From Dehalococcoidia bacterium (GTDB taxonomy: Bacteria > Chloroflexota > Dehalococcoidia > Lucifugimonadales > G963665405): DNA of 64,000 nucleotides. How positions within the stretch are numbered: position 1 is the first letter of the stretch; each line of letters starts with the position of its first letter. A model generated the notes under the pieces. It made no database searches. It saw only the letters and a list, made by a program, of their open reading frames with translations, and had not been told where the DNA came from. The stretch lies in assembly GCA_963665405.2 (NCBI GenBank), contig CAXXUH010000003.1, forward strand, positions 292,809-356,808, read 5' to 3'. Made by a program: the position numbers and the translations under genes. Shown one piece after another: positions 45,938-54,819 of this stretch.

Positions 45938-47649
45938 CCCGAATCCACCGAAGGTATGACGTTGCAGCAGCAGAATGGGTGATGAGGGGCAAAGGGAGGC
46001 GATGGTCCGGGCACGATTCGGGTAAATGGGGCCGGTGTCTGTCTTCAGCCGCCGCGGGGAGACCTTGTGACCGTCTGGGGACGTTGGGTAGGGCGAGATG
46101 GCGGGGAGAGGACGCGGCGAGAGGTGCTCGCGGACCGGACTGGCGCGAGTTTGCGGGGACGTTCGGTTGGGCGGATGGCGGGTCAGTTGCGGACGGGCGC
46201 CGTCAGGCTGGGAGTGGAATCGCTCGCAGCCGTGCCAGGGCGCGACTGAACTGGGTTTCCCAAGGCCAGCGCTGTGGCAGATGCAGGGTGAGGCGGCGTG
46301 CCGAGCGGGTGAGCCGTCCGGCCAGGGAGAAGAACCGTCGCCGAAGGGTCTTGGTGGTCGCGATCTGCTCGCCCAGACCGATCCGCGCCGTCCAGCGGGC
46401 CAGGTTGTGGGCCATCACCTGTACCGCCAGCCAAGCGCCGTTGGCGGCGAAGCGGCCGGACGGCATGTGGTTCAGACCGACGCCGTACTTGAGGTCTCGA
46501 ATGGCGTTCTCGATCTCGGCGTGGCGGCGGTGGTCGGCCTCCAGTTCCAGGGTCTCTCCGTCCCGGTCGGTGATGAAGCCGTGATAGCTGTAGGTGGCGA
46601 AGAGGGCCAGTTGGGAACCGGGCGTGGGCTTCACCCGCCGGACGATGAGCCGCACCGGTGCGGCGCCGGGCTCAGTCCGGAAGGGGGTGTAGGTGGTCTG
46701 CGCCACATCGGCGGCGCCGTCCATCCAGTAGGGGACCGGCGTCCAGTCTGCATCGGGAATCGCCTCGATCAGGTTCCGCAGGCTTTTGTGCTGGCGGATG
46801 GTGATGGAGAAGCGGACATCCATCTCACGACAGGCGGCGACGAGAGCGTGGGCGTAGAAGCCGCTGTCGGCCCGCGCCGTAAGTTGCCCGCTGGCCCCGG
46901 CACGGCGAACCCGGCTCACCGTTTCACGCAGGAAGTGGGCGGCGCCCCGAGCGGTGTTGGCGCGGCCCTCGCGCAGCCGGGACATCAGCACGTCGCCGGT
47001 GCCGGCGGCGACGGCCAACAGGGGGTGATAGCCCCGCTTGCCGGGATAGCCGTGGTGGCGCGCTCCCTCCTTGGCCAGTCCATAGGTCTCGCAGATGGTC
47101 GAGTCCAGGTCGATGGTCAGGGGCGAGTCGCCGGGTCCGGCCCCAGCGGCCCAGGCCCGGGCCAACAACTGGCGGCTCACGCGGTCGAGTTGACGGACAT
47201 GCCCCCACCGGAAGCTGCGCAGGAAGGTCCCCAGGGTGGATGGCGCCTTGACCACGCAGCCTAGAACACCGACCGTCCCACCAGCGCGCAGCGCATCGGC
47301 GTCGTCGATGCAGTCGCCGCCAGCCAGCGCGGAAGCGACCAGCGTCAGCATCTTGTCCCCCGTGTTCGCCCGTCCCGGCGCGCCGCCGAGGTCAAGGTGA
47401 TGGTCGACGAGTTCTCGCAGGCCCAGGTGCCGGGCGAGGGTGGCCGGCACGAGCAGGCCGGCATTGGCCACCAGGCGATGGTCGTCAAAGAGGATGCGGA
47501 TACGGTCGGGTTTGTTCTGTGGCAGCATCTATTGGGTGCTCCTTGTTTCCGCGCGGGTTTCTGTTCCAAAACCATTATCCCAGATTCAGAGGAGCACCCT
47601 CTAGCTTCTTCATGGGCTGTCCCCAAGGCCGTCCTTCGGTGGATTCGGG
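45938..47649 (-). mobile_element. IS1380-family insertion sequence, copy 1 (intact)
   Basis: Ends CCCGAATCCACCGAAGG... / ...CCTTCGGTGGATTCGGG are perfect inverted repeats. A 5-bp direct repeat CTAAG sits at 45933-45937 and 47650-47654. Confidence 0.85.
46203..47528 (-). CDS. IS1380-family DDE transposase
   Basis: 441 aa. LTIDLDST, HGYPGKRGYHPLLA and ADSGFY...IENAIRDLKYG are typical of IS1380-type DDE transposases. Confidence 0.9.
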   Translation of the reverse strand: MLPQNKPDRIRILFDDHRLVANAGLLVPATLARHLGLRELVDHHLDLGGAPGRANTGDKMLTLVASALAGGDCIDDADALRAGGTVGVLGCVVKAPSTLGTFLRSFRWGHVRQLDRVSRQLLARAWAAGAGPGDSPLTIDLDSTICETYGLAKEGARHHGYPGKRGYHPLLAVAAGTGDVLMSRLREGRANTARGAAHFLRETVSRVRRAGASGQLTARADSGFYAHALVAACREMDVRFSITIRQHKSLRNLIEAIPDADWTPVPYWMDGAADVAQTTYTPFRTEPGAAPVRLIVRRVKPTPGSQLALFATYSYHGFITDRDGETLELEADHRRHAEIENAIRDLKYGVGLNHMPSGRFAANGAWLAVQVMAHNLARWTARIGLGEQIATTKTLRRRFFSLAGRLTRSARRLTLHLPQRWPWETQFSRALARLRAIPLPA

Positions 47650-47654
47650 CTAAG

Positions 47655-47785
47655 GGGGCGACCGCCAATGGGGAGTACAGAGGGGCGAAGCCGCTTTGTC
47701 TGGAGTCTCCCGGCGCGCCGCCGAGGTCAAGGTGAGGGTGTCCCTCAGAAATACATTTTCCACTCTTCCCCTTAAGAGGGTGGGT
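47655..47785. repeat. Stacked-hairpin repeat copy carrying a 28-nt IS-derived segment
   Basis: CAGAGGGGCGAAGCCGCTTTG hairpin, then GGAGTCT-[insert]-GAGGGTGTCCCTCAGA. The insert region 47708-47735 is identical to IS interior 47373-47400. Confidence 0.85.
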
Positions 47786-47910
47786 TGGCGAAACAGGCGC
47801 AGGCAACAGACGCCTGGTCTGAGGTCCGTGAGCGTGCCTAGGCGCGGACGCCCCCAGGACGATATGGTACCATTGCCCACGCCGCCCAAACCCCCTTTCA
47901 AGGAGACGCC

Positions 47911-48969
47911 ATGAAAACGAGAGCCGCCGTCCTTGTCGAGCCCAACAAGCCCCTCGCCGTGGACGAGATGGAGGTCCCCGACCCCGGACCGGACCAGGTG
48001 ATCGTCAAGCAGATCTCCACCGGAGTCTGCCTGTCCCAGGTCCACCAGATCTCAAAGACCGCGCCGGAGGACTGCCCACAGCTTCTAGGACACGAGGGGA
48101 CCGGAGTCGTCACCCACGTCGGGAGCCGCGTGACGCACCTCAAAGAGGGCGACTGGGCGATCGTCACGTGGGTCCCGAGGGCCGGATACCCGGGACGCGA
48201 TTTCATCGACGGCCTGTCCCCAACCGGCGTGAAGTTTCGCGGCGAGCTGGCCAAAGGGCCGGTCTACACCTTCGCCGAAGACGTCCTGGCTCACGAGCAG
48301 CTCGTAGTCGGCATCCCAAAACAGGATGCGACCCTAGAGAGCTGCATCGTCGGCTGCGCCATCCTCACCGGGGCGGGCGCCGTCCTCCACAGTGCGAAGG
48401 TGCGGCCCGAGGACTCCGTCGTCGTGATCGGGGCGGGCGGTGTGGGCCTCTCCGCAATCAAGATGGCCTCGCTTCTCCAGGCCTATCCGGTGATCGCGGT
48501 CGACATCAGGGACGAGAAGCTGGAGTTCGCGAAGGGCTGGGGTGCGACCCACGGCGTCAACTCGGCCAAGGTGGACCCGGTCGAGGCGGTCCGTGACATC
48601 ACGGGCGGCGGAGCCGACTTCTCGTTCGACGCGGTCGGAAGCCGCCCGACCCAGGAGATCCTTCTGCCGATGCTGCGCAGCGGTGGACCGGGCGCCGACA
48701 ACGTTGGGGGCATGGCGGTCCTCATCGGCTGGCCCGAGGTGTTCACCATCGACGGAGCCCACTTCGTATTCAACCAGCGTCAATTCCGTGGCAGCCACGG
48801 ATCGAGCATCCCGGACCGCGACTTCCCGATGTACCTGCGGATGCACCGCGAGGGGCGGTTCCCCCTCGACAAGCTGGTCACCCGGAGCTACACCCTGGAC
48901 CAGGCCCAGCAGTCGATGGAAGACCTCGCCGCCGGCAAGATATCGGGCAGAGCCATAATCAAGTTCTAG
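47911..48969 (+). CDS. Zinc-dependent alcohol dehydrogenase (MDR family)
   Basis: GHEGTGVVTHVGSRV and GAGGVGLSAI Rossmann motifs. 352 aa. Confidence 0.9.
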   Translation: MKTRAAVLVEPNKPLAVDEMEVPDPGPDQVIVKQISTGVCLSQVHQISKTAPEDCPQLLGHEGTGVVTHVGSRVTHLKEGDWAIVTWVPRAGYPGRDFIDGLSPTGVKFRGELAKGPVYTFAEDVLAHEQLVVGIPKQDATLESCIVGCAILTGAGAVLHSAKVRPEDSVVVIGAGGVGLSAIKMASLLQAYPVIAVDIRDEKLEFAKGWGATHGVNSAKVDPVEAVRDITGGGADFSFDAVGSRPTQEILLPMLRSGGPGADNVGGMAVLIGWPEVFTIDGAHFVFNQRQFRGSHGSSIPDRDFPMYLRMHREGRFPLDKLVTRSYTLDQAQQSMEDLAAGKISGRAIIKF

Positions 48970-48984
48970 GCATTGCGGAAAGGG

Positions 48985-49465
48985 AAATCCAGATCCCGAC
49001 AAGTCGGGATTACCGGGAGCCTGAGAGCCTGCCCTGAGCTTGACGAAGGGGTGTCTCTGGTGGAACCGGGAAGTCCAGAGGGGCGAAGCCCCTTTGGCGG
49101 GAGTCTGAGGGTGTCCCTCAGAAACAAGCCTTCTTCTTCCTACCTATCAAATCAGGCGGCGAGCCGAGCCCGTCAAACGACGCGGTACGCCGACACCACA
49201 CTTAGGAGGAGAACTCGTAGAGGGACGATGAACCGGGAAGTCCAGAGGGGCGGAGCCCCTTTGGCGGGAGTCTGAGGGTGTCCCTCATAAACAACCCTTT
49301 TTTTCTTACCCATCTTCCCCTCGCAGGGGAAGGTGAGGAAGAGCGCCTCCCAACCGGAACGCCCGGTCTTCGGGCTGGTCCCACGGGGTTCCAAAGGGGG
49401 ATCGCCCCCTTTGCGGGGTTTGGGGTGCCCCTACCTCTCGGGCGGGTGGGCGGGCCAGACACGGG
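48985..49465. repeat. Stacked-hairpin repeat cluster ending with a MITE-interior fragment
   Basis: GATCCCGACAAGTCGGGAT, an interrupted hairpin with AGCCTGCCCTGAGCTTGACGAAGGG, two CCAGAGGGGCG(A/G)AGCCCCTTTGGCGGGAGTCTGAGGGTGTCCCTCA copies, and GGGCGGGTGGGCGGG at 49440-49454. Confidence 0.8.
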
Positions 49466-49555
49466 TGAGTAACCTCGCCGTAGAATGATGAACGACCGGC
49501 TTCGAGACGACTAAGTCGGGATTACCCCGGAGCAAAGCAGAGCTAGGAGGACCCC

Positions 49556-50305
49556 GTGAGACTCACCGGCAAGGTAGCACTGATAACCGGAGCGGCTCGC
49601 GGCCAGGGTGCCGTCGAGGCGCGACTCTTCGCGAAGGAGGGCGCCAGCGTAGTCCTCACCGACATAAGGGACGACGAGGGCGAGAAGGTGGCGGCCGAGA
49701 TCAACGAGCTCGGTGGTAAGGCCCACTACATGCGGCACGACGTCATCGAGGAGAGGGAGTGGGTCGTCGCCGTCGCGCGGACCGTCGAGCTGTTCGGCGG
49801 GCTCCACGTGCTGATCAACAACGCCGGCATCTTCGTAACCACGGTCATTGAGCACACCACCGTCGAAGAGTGGGACCGCATCATGGACATCAACGCGCGC
49901 GGGGTCTTCCTCGGGATCAAGCACGCCATCCCGGCGATGCGGGAGTCGGGCGGCGGCTCCATCGTCAACATCTCCTCGACCGCGGGGCTGGTGGGGAACC
50001 CCAGAGAGGGGGCGTACACAGCCTCCAAGGGCGCCGTCCGCCTCATGACCAAGAGCGCTGCCATCCAGGCCGCGAAAGACGGCATCCGAGTCAACTCCGT
50101 CCACCCGGGCTTCATCGACACTGAGATGGTCGCCTTCATCTCGCAGGACCCGGAGTCCATGGCGGAGATCATGCCTAAGATTCCCCTCGGCCGCAGCGGT
50201 ACCTCCGACGACATCGCCAAGGGCGCGCTCTTCCTCGCCTCCGACGAGGCCTCGTACGTCACCGGCACCGAGCTCGTCATCGACGGCGGCTACGTAGCCC
50301 AGTAA
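49556..50305 (+). CDS. Short-chain dehydrogenase/reductase (SDR)
   Basis: GTG start. TGAARGQG, NNAG and YTASKGAV motifs. Confidence 0.9.
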   Translation: MRLTGKVALITGAARGQGAVEARLFAKEGASVVLTDIRDDEGEKVAAEINELGGKAHYMRHDVIEEREWVVAVARTVELFGGLHVLINNAGIFVTTVIEHTTVEEWDRIMDINARGVFLGIKHAIPAMRESGGGSIVNISSTAGLVGNPREGAYTASKGAVRLMTKSAAIQAAKDGIRVNSVHPGFIDTEMVAFISQDPESMAEIMPKIPLGRSGTSDDIAKGALFLASDEASYVTGTELVIDGGYVAQ

Positions 50306-50446
50306 GAACCCCGGCGTACACCCTCCCCGAAGGCCCCTGGACCCCGCACGTCAATCGCCACGGTTGCTCCAGGCCAATCGACCCGGTATCCTGATCGTCG
50401 AATCCCGAACCCCTTGCGGCATTCAGCCAACACGAAAGGCCGCAAC

Positions 50447-51769
50447 ATGACCGCCCCGACAGTGTTCATCAGCTACAGCCACGACTCCGAAGAACACGGA
50501 GATAGAGTGCTCGCCCTTGCGGATAGGTTGAGGCGCGAGGGCATAGACGCGAGCCTTGACCAGTACGAGGATTCTCCGCCCGAGGGGTGGCAAGGATGGA
50601 TGGACAGGCACGTCCGAGAGTCGGACTTCGTTCTCATGGTGTGTACTGAGACCTACTACCGCCGCGTCCTCCGAAAAGAGAAGCCGGGAGCGGGACGGGG
50701 AGTCAAGTGGGAAGGCAATCTGATCTATATCCACCTATACGAAGCCGAGGCGAACCGGCGCTTTATTCCCGTGGTTTTCGGAGACGGTAGCCTCGAACAC
50801 ATCCCTGACCCGCTAAGGAGCGCGACGCACTATCGCGTCGACACGAAACGGGGATACGAGGACCTGTATCGTCGCCTAACAGATCAGCCCGGGACGCCGA
50901 AACCCGCGCTGGGTAAGCCACAGAGCCTGGCCTCACGTCGGCGAAAACAGCAGTTCTCAACAGCCGTTGTAGCCCCAGCGCAACGGGTCTCCATAGCCCA
51001 GCTCCCCGCGACAGGCGAGCACCTCTTCGGCCGGGACGACGAGCTCAAGCTGCTCGACGAGGCCTGGGACAACTCCGCCACCAACGTCATCAGCCTGGTG
51101 GCGTTCGGCGGCGTGGGCAAGTCGGCGCTGGTGAACTATTGGCTCGGTCAGATGGCCCAGAACCAGTACCGCGGGGCAGAGCGCGTCTACGCCATCTCCT
51201 TCTACAGCCAGGGCAGCCGGGAGGCCGTCACCTCGGCGGATCAGCTGATCGACGCTGCGCTGCGCTGGTTTGGGGACGAGGACCCGACCTCGGGCTCTCC
51301 GTGGGGGAAGGGCGAGCGACTGGCCCGTCTGGTAAAACGCGATAAAACGCTGCTCGTGCTGGACGGCCTGGAGCCGCTCCAGCAGCCGCCCGGTCCGGAC
51401 GGAGGCCGGCTGAAGGAGCACACGCTGACAGCACTCGTGCGCGAGCTGGCGGCGTCCAACGAGGGGCTTTGCGTCATCACCACGCGCCAAGAGGTGGGTG
51501 ACCTGAAACAATTTGGCCGGTCTACCGCACCCGTAACGGAGCTGGAGCACCTGTCCGACAAGGCTGGAGCCCAGCTTCTCCGAGTGCTGGGAGTTGAAGG
51601 GCGGGATAGCGAGCTTGAGCAGGCTTCGCACGAGTTCGGCGGCCACGGCCTTGCGCTGAACCTCCTGGGCACCTACCTCCACGATGTGGCTGGGGGCGAC
51701 GTCCGCCGCTGGCGCGAAGTAGACCTGCTCGAGCAGGACGAGGAACAGGGGGTCAGGCTCTGCGTGTAA
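50447..51769 (+). CDS. TIR/SEFIR-like domain plus NB-ARC (STAND P-loop NTPase) protein; N-terminal part of a split TIR-NB-ARC-TPR gene
   Basis: VFISYSHDSEEH...SDFVLMVCT (TIR/SEFIR-like). Walker A AFGGVGKSALV, Walker B LLVLDGLE, and the GLPLA-like GGHGLALNLLG. The stop TAA overlaps the next ATG (TAATG). Confidence 0.8.
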   Translation: MTAPTVFISYSHDSEEHGDRVLALADRLRREGIDASLDQYEDSPPEGWQGWMDRHVRESDFVLMVCTETYYRRVLRKEKPGAGRGVKWEGNLIYIHLYEAEANRRFIPVVFGDGSLEHIPDPLRSATHYRVDTKRGYEDLYRRLTDQPGTPKPALGKPQSLASRRRKQQFSTAVVAPAQRVSIAQLPATGEHLFGRDDELKLLDEAWDNSATNVISLVAFGGVGKSALVNYWLGQMAQNQYRGAERVYAISFYSQGSREAVTSADQLIDAALRWFGDEDPTSGSPWGKGERLARLVKRDKTLLVLDGLEPLQQPPGPDGGRLKEHTLTALVRELAASNEGLCVITTRQEVGDLKQFGRSTAPVTELEHLSDKAGAQLLRVLGVEGRDSELEQASHEFGGHGLALNLLGTYLHDVAGGDVRRWREVDLLEQDEEQGVRLCV

Positions 51770-53271
51770 TGGCGTCATACGAGAAACGACTCGGCGAGGG
51801 TCCTGCACTGGCGGTACTTCGGCTCGTTGGGCTGTTCGACCGACCCGCGCCGGGAGAGCAGGTCCGGGTCCTCAGACGGCCGCCGGCCATCCCCGCCCTG
51901 ACCGATACGCTGGCGAACCTTTCCGACACGCAATGGCGGCGGGCTCTCGCGCGTTTGCGTCAGGCACGACTCCTGTCCGAGGCCGACCCTCAATCTGACG
52001 ACCTGGACGCCCACCCACTGGTGCGCGAACACTTCGGACAGCGGCTCAGGGAAGAGTCTCCGGACGCCTGGCGGGAGGGCCACAGCCGGCTGTACGAACA
52101 CTTGCGAGACAGCACCAAGAAGTTCCCTGACACGATCGAGGAGATGGCGCCCCTGTACTCGGCTGTGTCCCACGGCTGCCAGGCCGGACGTCACCAGGAG
52201 ACATTTGACGACGTGTACTACCGGCGCATCCAGCGCGACGGGAGAACAAACTATTCCTTTGCTCAGCTTGGAGCCGTTGGCGCAGATACATCAGCGTTGT
52301 CGTGGTTCTTTTCCCCGCCCTGGAGCCATCCAGCCGACGGCCTCAACGAAAGTGACAAGGCTTTTGTGCTTGGCGCGGCGGGTTTCCGCCTGCGCGCGTT
52401 GGGGCGACTACGCGAGGCCGTACAGCCGTTGCAGGCTGGGTTGGAGGCTCGGATTGAACAAGAGCAGTGGGAAAACGCCGCAATCGCCGCCAGCAACCTC
52501 AGCGACCTCCATCTCATCATGGGGGAGACCGGCGAAGCAGTCGACTACGCGCGGCAGGCCGTTGAGCTGGCCGATCGCAGCGGAGACCAGTTCCAACAGA
52601 TGGCCAGCAGAGTCAGGTTGGCCCAGTCCCTGCACCAGACCGGCCGGATAGCCGAGGCTGAGGCGCTCTTCGAGGAGGCGGAGAAGATCCAGCAAGAGTT
52701 CCAGCCCGGGTTTCCTATCTTATACTCCCTCCAGGGCTATCAATACTGCGACCTGCTGATCGACCAGGGCAAGTATGACGAGGTTAGAGAACGGACTGCG
52801 CAAACACTCGAATGGGTAACGAGGGAGCAGTTGCTCCTAGCCATGGCCCTCGACCACGTTGCCCTGGGTCGAGCGTCGCTGCTCCAGGCCAAGCGCGACG
52901 ACCGCCGAGACTTCGCAGAGGCTCGGAACCACCTGGACCAGGCCGTGGAGGGCCTGCGGCGGGCAGGCATCCAGGCGTTCATCGCCCACGGCCTACTGGC
53001 CCGTGCCGCGCTGTACCGGGTGAGCGGCAACTTCGATCAGGCGCAACGGGACCTGGAGGAGGCCATGGCCATAGCCGAGCGTGGGTCCATGAGGCTTTAC
53101 GAAGCCGACGCCCGCCTGGAGTACGCTCGGCTGCATCTCGCGACTGGCGAGGGGGACTCGGCACGCCAGAGCCTCGACGCCACCAGGAACATGATCGCCG
53201 AAATGGGCTACCACCGGCGCGACGGCGAAGTCCAGGAGCTTGAGCAGCGGCTTGCCGCGCAAGGAGCCTGA
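51769..53271 (+). CDS. Winged-helix/TPR repeat protein; C-terminal part of the split STAND gene
   Basis: SYEKRLGEGPALAVLRLVGLFDRPA (post-NB-ARC region) followed by multiple TPR-like helical repeats (ALGRLREAVQPLQAG, IMGETGEAVDYARQAVEL, QTGRIAEAEALFEEA and others). Confidence 0.8.
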   Translation: MASYEKRLGEGPALAVLRLVGLFDRPAPGEQVRVLRRPPAIPALTDTLANLSDTQWRRALARLRQARLLSEADPQSDDLDAHPLVREHFGQRLREESPDAWREGHSRLYEHLRDSTKKFPDTIEEMAPLYSAVSHGCQAGRHQETFDDVYYRRIQRDGRTNYSFAQLGAVGADTSALSWFFSPPWSHPADGLNESDKAFVLGAAGFRLRALGRLREAVQPLQAGLEARIEQEQWENAAIAASNLSDLHLIMGETGEAVDYARQAVELADRSGDQFQQMASRVRLAQSLHQTGRIAEAEALFEEAEKIQQEFQPGFPILYSLQGYQYCDLLIDQGKYDEVRERTAQTLEWVTREQLLLAMALDHVALGRASLLQAKRDDRRDFAEARNHLDQAVEGLRRAGIQAFIAHGLLARAALYRVSGNFDQAQRDLEEAMAIAERGSMRLYEADARLEYARLHLATGEGDSARQSLDATRNMIAEMGYHRRDGEVQELEQRLAAQGA

Positions 53272-53272
53272 G

Positions 53273-53590
53273 ATGCCGGATCATCGCCGAGTCCTCGTGG
53301 TCGACCCGGACTCCGAAACAATGGACAAGATGACGGCCACGCTTGAAGGCGATGCCTACATCGTGACCGGCACCCAGAGCGACGGCGTCGCCCTGGACCT
53401 CGCCCAGTCGTCGGAGTTCGATGCACTCGTCATCAGCTCCGGGGTCCCGCTGTCCGACCGCGGATACCTGATGAGTCGCGCCCGCGACCGCCATCCCGAC
53501 ATCGCCGTCGTCATCGCCCAGGGTCCCCAATCAGTGCTCATCCAGCTCAGGCAGGCGTTCAAAGAAAAGGACAGCGAGAAGATCAGGTAG
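53273..53590 (+). CDS. Stand-alone CheY-like receiver domain protein
   Basis: VLVVDPD acidic pocket and FDALVISS putative phospho-acceptor Asp. ATG 53273 has AAGGAG upstream and sits 2 nt after the TPR gene stop. Confidence 0.6.
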   Translation: MPDHRRVLVVDPDSETMDKMTATLEGDAYIVTGTQSDGVALDLAQSSEFDALVISSGVPLSDRGYLMSRARDRHPDIAVVIAQGPQSVLIQLRQAFKEKDSEKIR

Positions 53591-53594
53591 CGAG

Positions 53595-53825
53595 ATACGG
53601 GGTGTGCAGAGGAGCGAAGCCCCCATGCCGGGAGTCTGAGGGTGTCCCTCAGATATGACCCTTCTCTCGTCGCCCAAGTGGGGGGCCGAGCCCGTCAAGC
53701 GATGCAACGCCCCGTCGTCCTGCCCAGAAGTGATCCGCCCAGCAGGATGACGACACATGGGGAGTGCAGAGGGGCGAGCCCCTTTGCCCGGAGTCTGAGG
53801 GTGTCCCTCTCTGCCTGGGCCATCC
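53595..53825. repeat. Two stacked-hairpin repeat copies
   Basis: GGGGTGTGCAGAGGAGCGAAGCCCCCATGCCGGGAGTCTGAGGGTGTCCCTCAGATAT and GGGGAGTGCAGAGGGGCGAGCCCCTTTGCCCGGAGTCTGAGGGTGTCCCTC. Confidence 0.8.
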
Positions 53826-54013
53826 GGGCAAGATACCCCCAGCGGGCTAACGGTTAGTACCAAATACCCAGTCACCCTGGTACTTCAGGTTCTGTCGCCT
53901 GACGGTACTTTACGGTTTAATTCCATCAGACGGGCAGCACAATGGCGGTGTTATTCGACAGGCGCCCCTGGCCGGCCGGCTGCCCCACAGACAGCGCTGA
54001 CACCGAGTTTCAT

Positions 54014-54256
54014 ATGCCAAGAGGGCTGCCGTTTTTTGCCTTCGGCCTGGCGGCGGGAATCATTTCTACGCTGGGCGTCGTTACCGGTCCCTGGCTGCCT
54101 ACTCAGGCGGGCAGCGTCTCCGACGGAGCTGTCGACGGAACCTCCTCTCCTGGAACGACCCTGGCAGCTACCGAGTTCCAGGATTCGGACCCCCGAGCTC
54201 ACGTTGGCAGAATCGTCGAACGTCACCTCCACTGTCCGAAGCTCTTCAGGCGGTAG
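54014..54256 (+). CDS. Membrane-anchor ORF, probably the displaced N-terminus of the downstream protease
   Basis: MPRGLPFFAFGLAAGIISTLGVVTGPWL TM helix. The ORF ends in GRIVERH..., which resembles the pre-catalytic segment of HtrA-like proteases. Its stop overlaps the GTG of the next ORF in a different frame. Confidence 0.35.
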   Translation: MPRGLPFFAFGLAAGIISTLGVVTGPWLPTQAGSVSDGAVDGTSSPGTTLAATEFQDSDPRAHVGRIVERHLHCPKLFRR

Positions 54257-54798
54257 TGCGGGTCCGCACCAGGATCGCCGCCGGCTCGGGCGTGATCATC
54301 GACCCAGCCGGGCTTGTGTTGACCAGCGCCCATCTGGTGGGTGACAGCCTCAGCGCGCAGGTTCTGGTCGACGACACCAGGACCGTCATCGGCACGGTGA
54401 TCCACCTGGACGAGCTCAGAGACCTGGCCCTGTTGCAGCTGCCTCACGGCAAATATCGCTCGGCGAGGCTGGGCCGCAGCTCCGACGTCGTGCTGGGAGC
54501 CTGGGTATCGGCTATCGGTTACCCGTTGAACCTGGCAGGTCCGGCTACGATCACGACCGGCGTCGTGTCCCGTCTTCTCGATGAGCCGGAGTCTCGACGA
54601 GAGGTGTTGCAGACCGATGCGGCCATACACATTGGCAGCAGTGGCGGCCCCATCGTCGGCTCGAACGGAGAGGTGATAGGGATAATCGCGTCGGTGCTCG
54701 GCGAGTACAAATCCTTCCCGACGAGTGGGATCAGCTACGCCGTCTCTGTTAAGACGATCCGAGACGATTTCCTTGAAGAAATCGGCCTGGATCCCTAG
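54256..54798 (+). CDS. Trypsin-like (S1C) serine protease catalytic domain
   Basis: GSGVIIDPAGLVLTSAHLV (His), LRDLALLQL (Asp) and GSSGGPIV (Ser). No signal or anchor in this frame. Confidence 0.65.
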   Translation: MRVRTRIAAGSGVIIDPAGLVLTSAHLVGDSLSAQVLVDDTRTVIGTVIHLDELRDLALLQLPHGKYRSARLGRSSDVVLGAWVSAIGYPLNLAGPATITTGVVSRLLDEPESRREVLQTDAAIHIGSSGGPIVGSNGEVIGIIASVLGEYKSFPTSGISYAVSVKTIRDDFLEEIGLDP

Positions 54799-54819
54799 AT
54801 AGCCCCTCCAGCTCGCCGT

